Virus record (IMG/VR): IMGVR_UViG_3300025652_000089
Location: 1 to 54,513 of that record
DNA from: a virus
Lineage: Duplodnaviria; Caudoviricetes
DNA: 54,513 nt
Strand: one strand, 5' to 3'
Shown: piece by piece, positions 31,130 to 40,378 of the stretch
Numbering within the stretch: position 1 is the stretch's first letter
Layout: every line of letters starts with the position of its first letter
The notes under the pieces: generated by a model
Databases searched by the model: none
Told to the model about the DNA's origin: nothing
What the model saw: the letters and a program-made list of their open reading frames with translations, nothing else
Program-made: the position numbers and the translations under genes

Positions 31130-31575
31130 TTTCTTTTTTCTTTTATTAATTCAATTACTTTATCACACTCTTTCTGATTCTGTGGCTTGTACAAAGTTAT
31201 TCCCTTTCGGTGTTCGTTTATGTACTTCTTAAACAACTTCCACCTCATCGGAAAGGATTCGTTAGCCCGACCCTTTGTCTCTATAATGAAGTCATCACCA
31301 ATAAAGTCTGGTGTATACTTGATGGGTAGTATCTTCTTGTTACCCCTGTCAACCATTTCATTCTTGCCATTGGCTTGCCTCTCATAGGCAGAGCTTTCAA
31401 ACATAAAACCATCCACCAGTATAAACGTCTCCCCCTCATATGCGGCCTTTATTCTAGCCTTCTTAAGGGCTATGTACATGTGCTTCTCAAGGCCAGATGC
31501 GAAGTTGATGCCGTCATGCATAACCTTCTTAGCCCTTACTGGCCCCCTCTTCTTACTCCTTCTCTTACGAATCAC
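31102..31575 (-). CDS. endonuclease I-like Holliday junction resolvase (T7 gp3 family)
   Basis: FASGLE...YE...YTPDF...IIETKG PD-(D/E)XK motif. Confidence 0.8.
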   Translation of the reverse strand: MIRKRRSKKRGPVRAKKVMHDGINFASGLEKHMYIALKKARIKAAYEGETFILVDGFMFESSAYERQANGKNEMVDRGNKKILPIKYTPDFIGDDFIIETKGRANESFPMRWKLFKKYINEHRKGITLYKPQNQKECDKVIELIKEKRKCKTKQTGK

Positions 31576-31790
31576 TACAGTAGTATATCAATAAGCTTGT
31601 CTGACTTTTGTTTATCAAGCATCTTCTGCTTAATACACTCTAGGTATATCAGCGTGTCAGCTATTTCTTCTTGGGTGTGTTCAATCCATTCAACTATGGA
31701 TAGGTCTGCTTGGTCTACGGTCTTGCCGTATTTCTTGAGACCCTTTTCTTGTTGTCTATCGATTATAGACTTTATGTTGGTAGTAATCAT
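31575..31790 (-). CDS. small MazG-like/nucleotide pyrophosphohydrolase-type protein
   Basis: R..KG.KKYG.T.D..DLS..EW..H.QEE..D..IY all-alpha acidic motif. Confidence 0.5.
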   Translation of the reverse strand: MITTNIKSIIDRQQEKGLKKYGKTVDQADLSIVEWIEHTQEEIADTLIYLECIKQKMLDKQKSDKLIDILL

Positions 31791-31801
31791 AATTACCTGT
31801 T

Positions 31802-31906
31802 TTATTTTTTATTTACCTGTTTTGTCAAACAATTATAACAAATATATTTAGTCTTCAGTAACACTGGTATTTTGCTCCCACATACCTTACATTTTTTTGC
31901 CGTCAT
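31802..31906 (-). CDS. 34-aa zinc-ribbon microprotein
   Basis: MTAKKCKVCGSKIPVLLKTKYICYNCLTKQVNKK*, ATGA-coupled to upstream gene, two CxxC. Confidence 0.5.
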   Translation of the reverse strand: MTAKKCKVCGSKIPVLLKTKYICYNCLTKQVNKK

Positions 31907-32247
31907 ATTAAATCTTTAATCGGTAGGAGTATACCCTTGCTTGTGTCACTGTCACCTCCCCTTACATCTCTATTTGTTCCGATGTATCTTCTGCACCTAT
32001 CCTTAAGGTCTGACAAAGATATCAATACAAATGAGCGAGAAATAGCAAAGCAATAAAAGTCTGACTGTGTCTTAGATATTCCGCTAGGCTTTCCTCTGCT
32101 CTCGTACTCCACAAACACATTGCCAGTCTTGTGTGCCATTAGGTCATACTTAATCTCTATCTTAGAGTTAGACAGGATGTCACTAAGCTCAGACTCCTTC
32201 AGCTCACCAACCACTAGGTCGTACTTAAAGTCGTTGTTGTGTTTCAT
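31903..32247 (-). CDS. PD-(D/E)XK-like nuclease-fold protein
   Basis: IEIKYD...TGNVFVEY...GKPSGI motif. Confidence 0.55.
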   Translation of the reverse strand: MKHNNDFKYDLVVGELKESELSDILSNSKIEIKYDLMAHKTGNVFVEYESRGKPSGISKTQSDFYCFAISRSFVLISLSDLKDRCRRYIGTNRDVRGGDSDTSKGILLPIKDLI

Positions 32248-32504
32248 AACTCCCAGTCAAAGGTCTCTGCCCATATAGGTGTCTTCTCACCAACGTATGC
32301 ACCAAACGTGTTAAACTCTAGGTACTCTGTAGCCTCCTCGTCATCCATGCCCTCCTTAACCATTACCTTTATGCACTCGTTTCTGGAGTACACAACCTTC
32401 CATGCGTTTGGTTCAAACCCTATGATAGCATCGTCAAGTCCATCAGCGAAAAGGATGTCATCCGTATCCCCGTAGTGTTCTAATATTAATTCTTTTAATT
32501 TCAT
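32244..32504 (-). CDS. hypothetical protein
   Basis: ADGLDDAIIG...EEATEYLEFNTFGAYVGEKTP; ATG at 32504 preferred. Confidence 0.7.
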   Translation of the reverse strand: MKLKELILEHYGDTDDILFADGLDDAIIGFEPNAWKVVYSRNECIKVMVKEGMDDEEATEYLEFNTFGAYVGEKTPIWAETFDWEL

Positions 32505-32506
32505 TT

Positions 32507-32716
32507 TTAGTTTTTTAAAATATCCCAACCATATTTTTGGTCGTACTTCTTGATTAATCTAGTCATTTTGTTTTCAAGTAATATTTCAAAAACTCCACGA
32601 CCAACCTTGAAGTCATGTGAAACATAGACAACCTTGTATTCTTTATCCAACTTAACTTTTTTAGACATAGACTTGTGAAACCTCACAGTGTCTCCAGGCT
32701 TTAGGTTGTTTTTCAT
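32507..32716 (-). CDS. hypothetical protein
   Basis: 69 aa, translationally coupled in operon. Confidence 0.6.
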   Translation of the reverse strand: MKNNLKPGDTVRFHKSMSKKVKLDKEYKVVYVSHDFKVGRGVFEILLENKMTRLIKKYDQKYGWDILKN

Positions 32717-32955
32717 GGTTTAAAATTAATAGTGCTAAGAAATCCTTTAAGCTCAGATGCGCATTTTAGTAAATGCTTTTTCGTTAATTTTTTCTGTTTA
32801 ACACAATTTACATAACGCTCGTAAACCTCAAAGTCCGACATTGTACATTGCTTAAAAATGGTAAACCACCCATGCGTGTTTTCTTCAACATTGCCATCGT
32901 GTAAATTAAAAAACTGTTGTTCTTCATTAAATTCTAATCTATAAGTTTGTTCCAT
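32713..32955 (-). CDS. hypothetical protein
   Basis: 80 aa, ATGA-coupled in operon. Confidence 0.6.
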   Translation of the reverse strand: MEQTYRLEFNEEQQFFNLHDGNVEENTHGWFTIFKQCTMSDFEVYERYVNCVKQKKLTKKHLLKCASELKGFLSTINFKP

Positions 32956-32958
32956 TAT

Positions 32959-34131
32959 TTAAAAGTTATGTGTTAGTCTACACACCTGACCGTTCTCTGG
33001 GTGGTGGATGAACGCCTCAAGTGCAACCTTAGCACCCGTGTAACCGTTGTCTGCATGCCACCTATCTGTACCACTAGGTGAGCGTAAGTATTCCACCGTC
33101 ATACCTATGTAGTCCTTACCACTCCTGAACTTAAAGTAGTCCTTGTGGTGTATGTGGTGTAGGTATCCGTACCTGTACTTGGTCTCGTACCAAATCTTAG
33201 AACTCTCGTGTGCTGAAAGGTATGGTATCTGGTCTATCTTACATCCATCACCGTGGCTAAACATCATCATGTTCTTACCATAACTTGTGTACTTCCTGTG
33301 GTTGTTATCCACGTTGAATATAATGTTCTTGTTGTTGTGGAAGTAACACTGAACTGCATCTGCCAGCATAAAGCCAGTCATGTAGTCGTGGTTAGACGGG
33401 CAGTGGATAACCTCTACATCGGCTATACTTGAAAGCATATTTATAATGTGACAGTATACACCCCTTGCTATCTTAAAGTTGTCGTACCACATACCATCGG
33501 TGTCCTGTGGTGTACCACTCGTTGTGGTTCTAGTCTTTGCGTTGTCGATGTGTAGAACATCGTTACCAATGATAAAGAATATCTTATCTATATTGTATGG
33601 CTGAGACTTATCAATCAAGTCCATGCTACCCCTTATAGCCCTGTCGATTGCCATGTCAACATTGTAGGTGTCATTAGCACCGTCCTTTGTTGCCAACTTT
33701 CCTATGTGTAGGTCAGCTATATCCAAAACCAAGCAGTGGGGGTCTTTGTTTTTCTTTCTTTTATACCTGTCAACCTTTGGGGATAATTTCTTCATCTCGT
33801 CCATCATCTCAGTCCTTATCTGCTCGTAGTCAACAGACTCAGCGTTCTTGTAATCTGGGTTGACAACCAAGGTTGATGTCCCTGTTACCTTGTCCTTGAC
33901 CCAAGACAGTTTCCAATTATCACTAGGGTTTAGGTTGTTCCTGTGCATGGACTCGTCCACTATAGATGGACTAATTATATCGTTCTTCCTAATCCACCTA
34001 CCAAATGATGATACTACTATGTCATCATTGGGGTACTTAGAACTCAACATCTGTGCTATTCTGTCTGAGCCGTAACCAGTGTCTTCTCTGATAGACTTGA
34101 CTTCGTCTGTGTATTGTGTGTACTTACTCAT
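32959..34131 (-). CDS. calcineurin-like metallophosphoesterase with N-terminal HTH-like region
   Basis: DLHIG, GND.LH.D, SNHD, HGD, HHIHH metal-binding motifs. Confidence 0.8.
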   Translation of the reverse strand: MSKYTQYTDEVKSIREDTGYGSDRIAQMLSSKYPNDDIVVSSFGRWIRKNDIISPSIVDESMHRNNLNPSDNWKLSWVKDKVTGTSTLVVNPDYKNAESVDYEQIRTEMMDEMKKLSPKVDRYKRKKNKDPHCLVLDIADLHIGKLATKDGANDTYNVDMAIDRAIRGSMDLIDKSQPYNIDKIFFIIGNDVLHIDNAKTRTTTSGTPQDTDGMWYDNFKIARGVYCHIINMLSSIADVEVIHCPSNHDYMTGFMLADAVQCYFHNNKNIIFNVDNNHRKYTSYGKNMMMFSHGDGCKIDQIPYLSAHESSKIWYETKYRYGYLHHIHHKDYFKFRSGKDYIGMTVEYLRSPSGTDRWHADNGYTGAKVALEAFIHHPENGQVCRLTHNF

Positions 34132-34396
34132 CTTTTTTGTTATTTAAAAACTTATTATAATAATACAATCTAAACTCATAGGTCTTTTTCCAAATCTCAA
34201 CCTTGCCGTATGTATCAGGAGACTTATTAGACTTCTTATTTATTCTTATCTCCACATACCACTTAGATATTCCATAACCAGCACTTAACGGTGCTACGCA
34301 TATCCCGTTAGCTATACACCAAGACGATGCCTTCATCTCTAAATCGGTAGGTAGGTACGACCCCATCGGCTGCTTGTCTTTTATCTTTATTCCCAA
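34124..34396 (-). CDS. hypothetical protein
   Basis: 90 aa ORF between primase-helicase and phosphoesterase; start uncertain. Confidence 0.55.
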   Translation of the reverse strand: MGIKIKDKQPMGSYLPTDLEMKASSWCIANGICVAPLSAGYGISKWYVEIRINKKSNKSPDTYGKVEIWKKTYEFRLYYYNKFLNNKKDE

Positions 34397-36099
34397 GGCA
34401 TTGGCTCGTTTGAAACGTCTGGGTTGTCCTTTGGTATAAACCCACCACTGTTTCTATCCCAGTGAAAGTGAGCCTCTGCACCGTTCTCACCAAGGTTCTG
34501 AAACTTAACCTTCAACACCTTAGCCTTAACAGTTTTCTCCTCGTAGTTTCTATGCACCAATATACCGTGATAAGATGCATCATACCATTCACCACCACCC
34601 TTTATGTTATACATATTTGGTTCCTCCATTACACCGTCTTGTCCACGGTACATCTTGGTTGGGTGTGCTACAATAATAACCAACACATCGTACTTCTTTG
34701 CGAACACCTCTATCTTAGATAGGTATTCCATTGTATACACGTTTACATCGCTGAGGGAGTCGTTAGACCTTATCTTATTGTAAGGGTCTAGAACTAAGCA
34801 TTTTATACCCTTACGCTTCACTAACTCTGCACCCTTCAACAGCATCTCTTCTAATTTGTATTTCTCTACATCGATAAAGTAAAAGTTGTCATTCACGACC
34901 TCAGATACCTCTTTCCACTTACCAGTGTTGATGTCCTTGACCGTGGGCATACCACCCCATATCTTACGCATTAACTTATGTGCGTGTAGATACGTTGGAG
35001 CATTCTCAGGAGACGCAAAAGCAGTCTTCCAACCATACAACTTATTGTATCCCACAACCATTTGGTCAACAAAGTCAGACTTACCACTGCTAGGGATACC
35101 AGTAACAGTAATAAACTGACCAGTATATGTACTGAATATATTATCAAAGTTTTCCAAACCAATTTGGTAACCCTTCTTAAAGCCATTCTTAACAAACTCA
35201 ATAATATCATCCTCTATGTCGTTAAATGTTACCACGTTCTCTAACGGAACCTGTTTCGCTGTCGTTAAACGTGCGGTGAGTGCCTCCCTACCGTGCTTAA
35301 TAAGATACTCGTTAGCATCTTTACAGCCATCAAAGTCTACAATCCAACACAACTCAGCTCCAAACCGTCTAATTAACTCTGTCTGTAAGGCTATGCCAGC
35401 CTCGTCACAATCAACGGCAATAATTATCTTTTCCTTATCCTCAAAATAGTCGATACAGTTATCTAGGTAGTCTAGATTGTTTGAATTAAGAGTTGCACCG
35501 TTCGGTACACTTACAACGCTCTTGTATCCAGACTCATGTATTGCGCAAACATCCATCTCTCCCTCAACTATCATCACGGTGTCGTGTCCAACGGTGCTGT
35601 CTATGTTATAGAACACCTTCTCTGCACCCTTGTATAGCTTAAAGTTTTTGCGTCCGTCACGGTACTTCACGTTGACCAACTCATCGCCTATGAAGTAATT
35701 AAAATGTATTGTGTTCTCGTCTTGACCAGTCTGTGGCATCCATTCAACACCCTCACTAATCATTAGGTCATCCAGTGTTTGCTTAGATATACCACGGGAA
35801 CCAAACCAAGACTCAACCTTAGTATCAACCTCTCTTATCTTTATCTTTGGTGGCTTTTCATATACCTTAGTAATCTCACCCCTTCTCTCGTATGTGTGCA
35901 ACTGAAAGGATGTGTCACAGTTATGGCAAGTACCTAGCCCTCTCTCCCAGTCGTAGGAGGCACACTTCAGCTTTTGATTAGCTGGTTTTCGGTCATGAGA
36001 ACACAGAGGACAAATCCCCTGTGTTTTTCCCGTTTCCAGACCGTGCTGATTGAACTTGTCAATCTTGAATCCATTGATTTCGGTGTCTGTAACTTTCAT
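34387..36099 (-). CDS. bifunctional DNA primase-helicase (T7 gp4/Twinkle-like)
   Basis: Zn finger CPLC...CHNC, TOPRIM VEGEMD / DCDEAG / KDANE, SF4 Walker A GIPSSGKS, LDPYN, VAHP. Confidence 0.93.
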   Translation of the reverse strand: MKVTDTEINGFKIDKFNQHGLETGKTQGICPLCSHDRKPANQKLKCASYDWERGLGTCHNCDTSFQLHTYERRGEITKVYEKPPKIKIREVDTKVESWFGSRGISKQTLDDLMISEGVEWMPQTGQDENTIHFNYFIGDELVNVKYRDGRKNFKLYKGAEKVFYNIDSTVGHDTVMIVEGEMDVCAIHESGYKSVVSVPNGATLNSNNLDYLDNCIDYFEDKEKIIIAVDCDEAGIALQTELIRRFGAELCWIVDFDGCKDANEYLIKHGREALTARLTTAKQVPLENVVTFNDIEDDIIEFVKNGFKKGYQIGLENFDNIFSTYTGQFITVTGIPSSGKSDFVDQMVVGYNKLYGWKTAFASPENAPTYLHAHKLMRKIWGGMPTVKDINTGKWKEVSEVVNDNFYFIDVEKYKLEEMLLKGAELVKRKGIKCLVLDPYNKIRSNDSLSDVNVYTMEYLSKIEVFAKKYDVLVIIVAHPTKMYRGQDGVMEEPNMYNIKGGGEWYDASYHGILVHRNYEEKTVKAKVLKVKFQNLGENGAEAHFHWDRNSGGFIPKDNPDVSNEPMPWE

Positions 36100-36101
36100 G
36101 G

Positions 36102-36404
36102 TTAGAATGGTAAGTCGTCCTCCTCTTTGGCTTCAACCTTTGGTTTAGACGTTGGTCTCTCATTCAATCCAGAGTCACCCTCATCCATCCACACAATCCT
36201 GTGATTACCGAGGTATATTACTGGCTCCTTCGACAAACGCTCCTCCTTAGATGGGTTTACGGTTATCGAACCGTTGTTTTGAAACTGGTCTGCATCGGTG
36301 TCTACCAATATCTTGTAGTTAAGGTATAAGCCCTTAGCACCCTTGACTAATTTCTGTTTAGGAATTTCTGCCACGTTAAGGCTTCCTGTTGCTAGAATTT
36401 TCAT
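36102..36404 (-). CDS. single-stranded DNA-binding protein (putative)
   Basis: 100 aa, KG.KG.YLN...SKEER...YLGN, acidic DDLPF tail. Confidence 0.7.
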   Translation of the reverse strand: MKILATGSLNVAEIPKQKLVKGAKGLYLNYKILVDTDADQFQNNGSITVNPSKEERLSKEPVIYLGNHRIVWMDEGDSGLNERPTSKPKVEAKEEDDLPF

Positions 36405-36445
36405 AATAAAATAAAATTAAATAAATAAATAAAAATAAATAAGAA

Positions 36446-37180
36446 TTAAAGTGTCTCTGTGGTCAGAAACTGGTTAGGGTCTGTATCCCCTAGTTTAAAG
36501 AACAAGTCGTAGTTCAGATTAGCTTGCTCGACCTTCTCTTGTCCACTCTGATAGAATGAAGAGGAACAGTCGTACACACCAATCTGCAATGTGGTTTTGT
36601 CGATGACAACAAATGTGAAGTCATAGCCCTTGAATAGTTGTGTATATATGTACGCCTGACTATCGTAGTTGTACTTGTATGCGCTCGACCTGAATGCGGA
36701 TATGTTACCCGTGGTCTTTAGGTCAATAATCATCTTGTCATCATGGTTCACGATGTCTGCCTTACCCTTCCACATATTACCACCGATGTTGGTTACGTTC
36801 GGAACCTCGTACTCAATATTACCGTTGCGTATCAACTGGTTACATACATCGTTACCTAACAGTCTGTCTTGCATCAACTCAATCTGGTCAACCTCATGCT
36901 GCAACAGACACATCTCTCCATCAGATATCTCCTTGTACTTCTTTGTGGTACGGGTAGATGCCTCAATGATTCTATACTTCTTGAGCTTGTCTGGCTCTAG
37001 TATTGCCGTATGGAAGTAACCACCAACTAGGAATGCCGTGTTCATACCCATATCCTCCTTGAAGGCTAGTGGGTTACGAAGTAATGCGTGTATGTCTGAG
37101 TTAGATAGGTACTGCTTACCAAAGTCCCCGTAATAATCCTCGTCATTACGGAGTCTGTCTATTATTTCTTCATGCTTCAT
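36446..37180 (-). CDS. exonuclease VIII/RecE-like PD-(D/E)XK nuclease
   Basis: LSNSD, G.YFHTAILEP, KGKADI...IIDLKTT, YDSQAYIY. Confidence 0.85.
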   Translation of the reverse strand: MKHEEIIDRLRNDEDYYGDFGKQYLSNSDIHALLRNPLAFKEDMGMNTAFLVGGYFHTAILEPDKLKKYRIIEASTRTTKKYKEISDGEMCLLQHEVDQIELMQDRLLGNDVCNQLIRNGNIEYEVPNVTNIGGNMWKGKADIVNHDDKMIIDLKTTGNISAFRSSAYKYNYDSQAYIYTQLFKGYDFTFVVIDKTTLQIGVYDCSSSFYQSGQEKVEQANLNYDLFFKLGDTDPNQFLTTETL

Positions 37181-37731
37181 GACAACAACATCTTTTCAAC
37201 GCTCTCGCTAACGTCATACTTCAACTTGATTGTGTCGATACTATTACCGTCTGATAGATACTTCTTTGCTGCATCAAACTCCTTAGTACCCTTTAGTAGT
37301 GATTTCTTCTTTGCCACAACCTTACTGGACTTTCCGTGGTCGTTAGTTGCGTCTGAGTCCTGTGTGTCATCTATAAGTAGTAGGTTACCCAGAGCATACT
37401 TCTTGCCGTAGCTTGATGCACTACCAAACTTCTGTGGCATCTGCATACCCTTTTGCTCTAAGTCAATACCCACAACCGCAGTTGCGTGAATCTCTTTCTC
37501 GCCATCTGTTATGGTGGCAACACTTTGAATAACAGGGACGTTCAAGACCTCTGTCAACTCCTCATTAATACGGACTGTTACGTCTAGTTCCAACAGGAAT
37601 GGCTTGATGGCCTCCAGAATATCTTCTGCCGAACGAAAGTTGTACTTACCGAATGAATTGTATCGGGTCTTCTTACTGTGAAACTTTGCCTGAATGTAGG
37701 CCAGCTTCTGATTTAGTGATTTGGTTTTCAT
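37177..37731 (-). CDS. erf: ERF-family single-strand annealing protein
   Basis: YNFRSAEDIL...GSASSYGKKYALGNLLLIDDTQDSD ERF signature; paired with exonuclease. Confidence 0.85.
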   Translation of the reverse strand: MKTKSLNQKLAYIQAKFHSKKTRYNSFGKYNFRSAEDILEAIKPFLLELDVTVRINEELTEVLNVPVIQSVATITDGEKEIHATAVVGIDLEQKGMQMPQKFGSASSYGKKYALGNLLLIDDTQDSDATNDHGKSSKVVAKKKSLLKGTKEFDAAKKYLSDGNSIDTIKLKYDVSESVEKMLLS

Positions 37732-37746
37732 GATATAAATTAAATT

Positions 37747-37821
37747 AAAAAAGCCCAGTAAAAGAGTTGCAAAACTTTAGCTGGGCTTCTTGATAAGAAA
37801 AAATATTATTGGCTTGCAACC
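37747..37821 (-). promoter_or_regulatory. leader attenuator/terminator upstream of erf
   Basis: minus strand AAGCCCAG...CTGGGCTTTTTT hairpin + U tract; loop UUGCAACU complementary to upstream GGUUGCAA. Confidence 0.6.
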
Positions 37822-37831
37822 TTTATGACTA

Positions 37832-37839
37832 CAAATATA
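37832..37839 (-). promoter_or_regulatory. Bacteroidota -7 promoter element
   Basis: TATATTTG matches TAnnTTTG, upstream of the erf leader. Confidence 0.55.
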
Positions 37840-37845
37840 ATGGTT

Positions 37846-38586
37846 CTATTCAAATAGAATCAAACTTTCTACGTTTATTTTAGTAATAATCTTTTCGATG
37901 GCATACTTCTTAATGGATGATATCTTTGAGTGACCACCTAAGTTGTTCATTCCTAAGTATTTAGCTATAGCCTTAGAACCCTGACGGGGACAATCAAGTC
38001 CATAGAACAGTCGAACTATGTTATATTCATCTACATCAAGTATCTGTTTCATTACGTTTAGTAGGTAACTATTAAGCATATCTATATTATATGTCTTGTC
38101 AATCTCAGGGATGTTGTAGAACGGGTTACCAGATGACGTGTCGTATGCATCGATAGATTTAAACACAGAATTGAATATCAGCTCAACACCATGCTTGGAC
38201 TTCCTAATCTCGTTCTGTCTATACTCTGTGACTCTCATCGTGCCTCGGTTGTTATCAACAGAACGCCTGATTGCACCCTTGATTCTCTTAGCTAGGAATG
38301 ACTTGATGGAACGCTCTGGGTCATCCTTGGACATAGAAACCTCAACGTCTAGTTTTCCGACTGCGGCTATCAAACCTATAGACCCATACTGTATCAAGTC
38401 CATGATATCCAATACACCGCTTGATGTGTCACTGGTATTAAACGACCTAGATATTGACTCAACCATTGGTAGGAACTTGATTATTAATTCCTCTGTTGTA
38501 TACTCTGTCCAAAGCTTCACGACTGGTTGACTCTTCTTGAGGTCTTCCTTGTATCTGTCGTAATTCTTTTCGTTGTAGTTCTTCAT
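37846..38586 (-). CDS. phage sigma-70-family RNA polymerase sigma factor
   Basis: Region 2 DLIQYGSIGLIAAV..D...SFLAKRIKGAIRR; region 4 HTH IVRLFYGLD...AIAKYLGM. Confidence 0.8.
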   Translation of the reverse strand: MKNYNEKNYDRYKEDLKKSQPVVKLWTEYTTEELIIKFLPMVESISRSFNTSDTSSGVLDIMDLIQYGSIGLIAAVGKLDVEVSMSKDDPERSIKSFLAKRIKGAIRRSVDNNRGTMRVTEYRQNEIRKSKHGVELIFNSVFKSIDAYDTSSGNPFYNIPEIDKTYNIDMLNSYLLNVMKQILDVDEYNIVRLFYGLDCPRQGSKAIAKYLGMNNLGGHSKISSIKKYAIEKIITKINVESLILFE

Positions 38587-39205
38587 CCTTCAGTAATTCA
38601 TTAAGACGCTTCATCTCCTCACGCATCTCAGAATCCATCACCTTATATAAGGTTGGTCTGCTACACCCTATGTCCCTAGAAAGGGAGGCAACAGTGACCC
38701 TACAGTTGGTTTGATGAATGTACTGCATACATATATATACGTCATCACTACTTAAACGATTAGACCTACCTATAAGTTGCCCTACGATGCTTCTCTTCTC
38801 ATGTCTTTCAAGTCCACAACCAACCTTAAATATAACCTTACGCAGCTTGTTGGGTGGACAACTATTGCTGTTATCGTTATATACGTTGTTTATCATGGTA
38901 ATAATCTTATCCATAGACATACTAATCTTTGTAAATCCGTTGTCGATGTTAGATATAAAGATACAGGCATCCTTGAACTCGTCATAGTTCATATCGTTGA
39001 TGTGTTTTAGTACAGAGATATGCCACACATAACTCTTATATGAGGATATTAGGTGTTCTCTGTTGAATAATTCATAGCACTCATGAGTACCATTTTTATA
39101 GAACCAACCCCAGTGGTAAGTTTCGGTTGGTGTGTCGTTGACTGGGTTACGCCTTGTGACGATGCGTTTATCCCACAGCCATTTGATTCTTCGATTTGAT
39201 TTCAT
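38459..39205 (-). CDS. HTH protein, candidate replication initiator
   Basis: 248 aa, C-terminal HTH (TVASLSRDIGCSRPTLYK); 60-bp palindrome immediately upstream. Confidence 0.5.
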   Translation of the reverse strand: MKSNRRIKWLWDKRIVTRRNPVNDTPTETYHWGWFYKNGTHECYELFNREHLISSYKSYVWHISVLKHINDMNYDEFKDACIFISNIDNGFTKISMSMDKIITMINNVYNDNSNSCPPNKLRKVIFKVGCGLERHEKRSIVGQLIGRSNRLSSDDVYICMQYIHQTNCRVTVASLSRDIGCSRPTLYKVMDSEMREEMKRLNELLKDEELQRKELRQIQGRPQEESTSREALDRVYNRGINNQVPTNG

Positions 39206-39212
39206 TGGTTTT

Positions 39213-39272
39213 AAAAAGTGTAAAGATAGTAAGGATATACTTAGTATTATACTTACTAAGTTTACACTTTTT
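39213..39272. repeat. 60-bp imperfect palindrome, copy 1
   Basis: aaaaagtgtaaa...tagtaag...cttacta...tttacacttttt; homologous to 49272-49333 in inverted orientation. Confidence 0.9.
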
Positions 39273-39426
39273 GATTTGGGACTTGGATAATGCTTTTGAT
39301 ATCCCTGTGTGATGGGTATATCTTCAATAGATTAATCACGGCACTGGATGAATCACATCCATTGATGTAATCAACCCTTACTTGATTGCAATTGGTTGTT
39401 GACGATGTTATTTTATAGCGTTTCAT
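39262..39426 (-). CDS. hypothetical protein (54 aa)
   Basis: Hand-translated MKRYKITSSTT...IIQVPNQKV*; stop lies within the palindrome arm. Confidence 0.45.
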   Translation of the reverse strand: MKRYKITSSTTNCNQVRVDYINGCDSSSAVINLLKIYPSHRDIKSIIQVPNQKV

Positions 39427-39552
39427 GCTTCATAGTTTAATTTAGTTTTCTGATTCATAGTTTAATTTAGTTGCTTGATTCGTGGTAATAATTTTTTAAC
39501 AAAAAAAAATTTACTTAGCATCAGACAAATTAAATATTGATTCAATCAACCT

Positions 39553-39819
39553 CTAACTTTGCTTCATATCATCCTCTAACTTTTTTATCTTAGCATGAAT
39601 CATGGAAGCTGCTTCATAGTTTTCTTGCTCCAAATTAATTTTGAGTAACTTATTTAACTGCTCTATCTCGTGCTTCAGGTTCAACTCATCATACTCATCA
39701 AGCTGACCTTGGTCGAAGAACATGACGTAGTGACCCAGTTTATCAATCATGTCATCACTAGGCTTAGTCAGTTCATCTACGATGTACATCGCAAGTTTCT
39801 TTATTTCCTTGTCAGTCAT
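39553..39819 (-). CDS. small protein with C-terminal UVR-like (UvrB/C) motif
   Basis: EQENYEAASMIHAKIK resembles the UVR consensus E.YE.AA..RD.I. Confidence 0.55.
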   Translation of the reverse strand: MTDKEIKKLAMYIVDELTKPSDDMIDKLGHYVMFFDQGQLDEYDELNLKHEIEQLNKLLKINLEQENYEAASMIHAKIKKLEDDMKQS

Positions 39820-40031
39820 TATATGAATATTAATGCATCGTCAACTAGGTGGTACTTTTCTTGATACTTCTTAAGTAACTCTACGTTATAAGGTTTTAAA
39901 ACACCCGAAGATATTGCATCATTCAGTATCCGAATCTCTGTGTCAGATATAGCAGTTAATATAGTATTCCTATGCCTCATCAGACAGAAGACCTCTTTTA
40001 TTATTTTTCCCATTTTTCCCATTTTTCCCAT
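39819..40031 (-). CDS. hypothetical protein
   Basis: 70 aa; starts in a 9-bp tandem repeat (MGKMGKMGK). Confidence 0.5.
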   Translation of the reverse strand: MGKMGKMGKIIKEVFCLMRHRNTILTAISDTEIRILNDAISSGVLKPYNVELLKKYQEKYHLVDDALIFI

Positions 40032-40179
40032 TTTTTCTGTAAAATATTTCTTTTATAAATACCCGAACAATTTTACCAAGGTCTCCATCGTTTGGTGTTT
40101 CCTTCTCCATACGAATTAATTCAACTGCAATATACTTTGCTAGTTTCTTAATCTTGTAAATACTTAGTTTGTTAGTCAT
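39970..40179 (-). CDS. hypothetical protein
   Basis: 69 aa with PND.DLG..VR motif; coupled in operon. Confidence 0.55.
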   Translation of the reverse strand: MTNKLSIYKIKKLAKYIAVELIRMEKETPNDGDLGKIVRVFIKEIFYRKNGKNGKNGKNNKRGLLSDEA

Positions 40180-40378
40180 TCTTGTAAATATTATTAATTA
40201 TTAGGTTATACATTTTGGTGAACGTCTTGGTCTTTATCTCCTTGCATATAGCCTCAGCATCTTCTTCTGAAGATACCTCAAAACCAATGGAGCGTAGGTC
40301 ATCCATACTGAATGTCCATTCGCCTTGGTTTTCATACCAGTCCCGTGCGATTGAATCGCTAATCTTATCTATCGTCAT
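40172..40378 (-). CDS. hypothetical protein
   Basis: 68 aa, coupled in operon. Confidence 0.55.
   Translation of the reverse strand: MTIDKISDSIARDWYENQGEWTFSMDDLRSIGFEVSSEEDAEAICKEIKTKTFTKMYNLIINNIYKND

Noticed and set aside
40004-40036. 9-bp tandem repeat read as MGKMGKMGK / NGKNGKN, and similar short repeats at 27787-27826 and 39430-39471
   Set aside because: In-frame or intergenic slippage repeats with no evidence for phase variation
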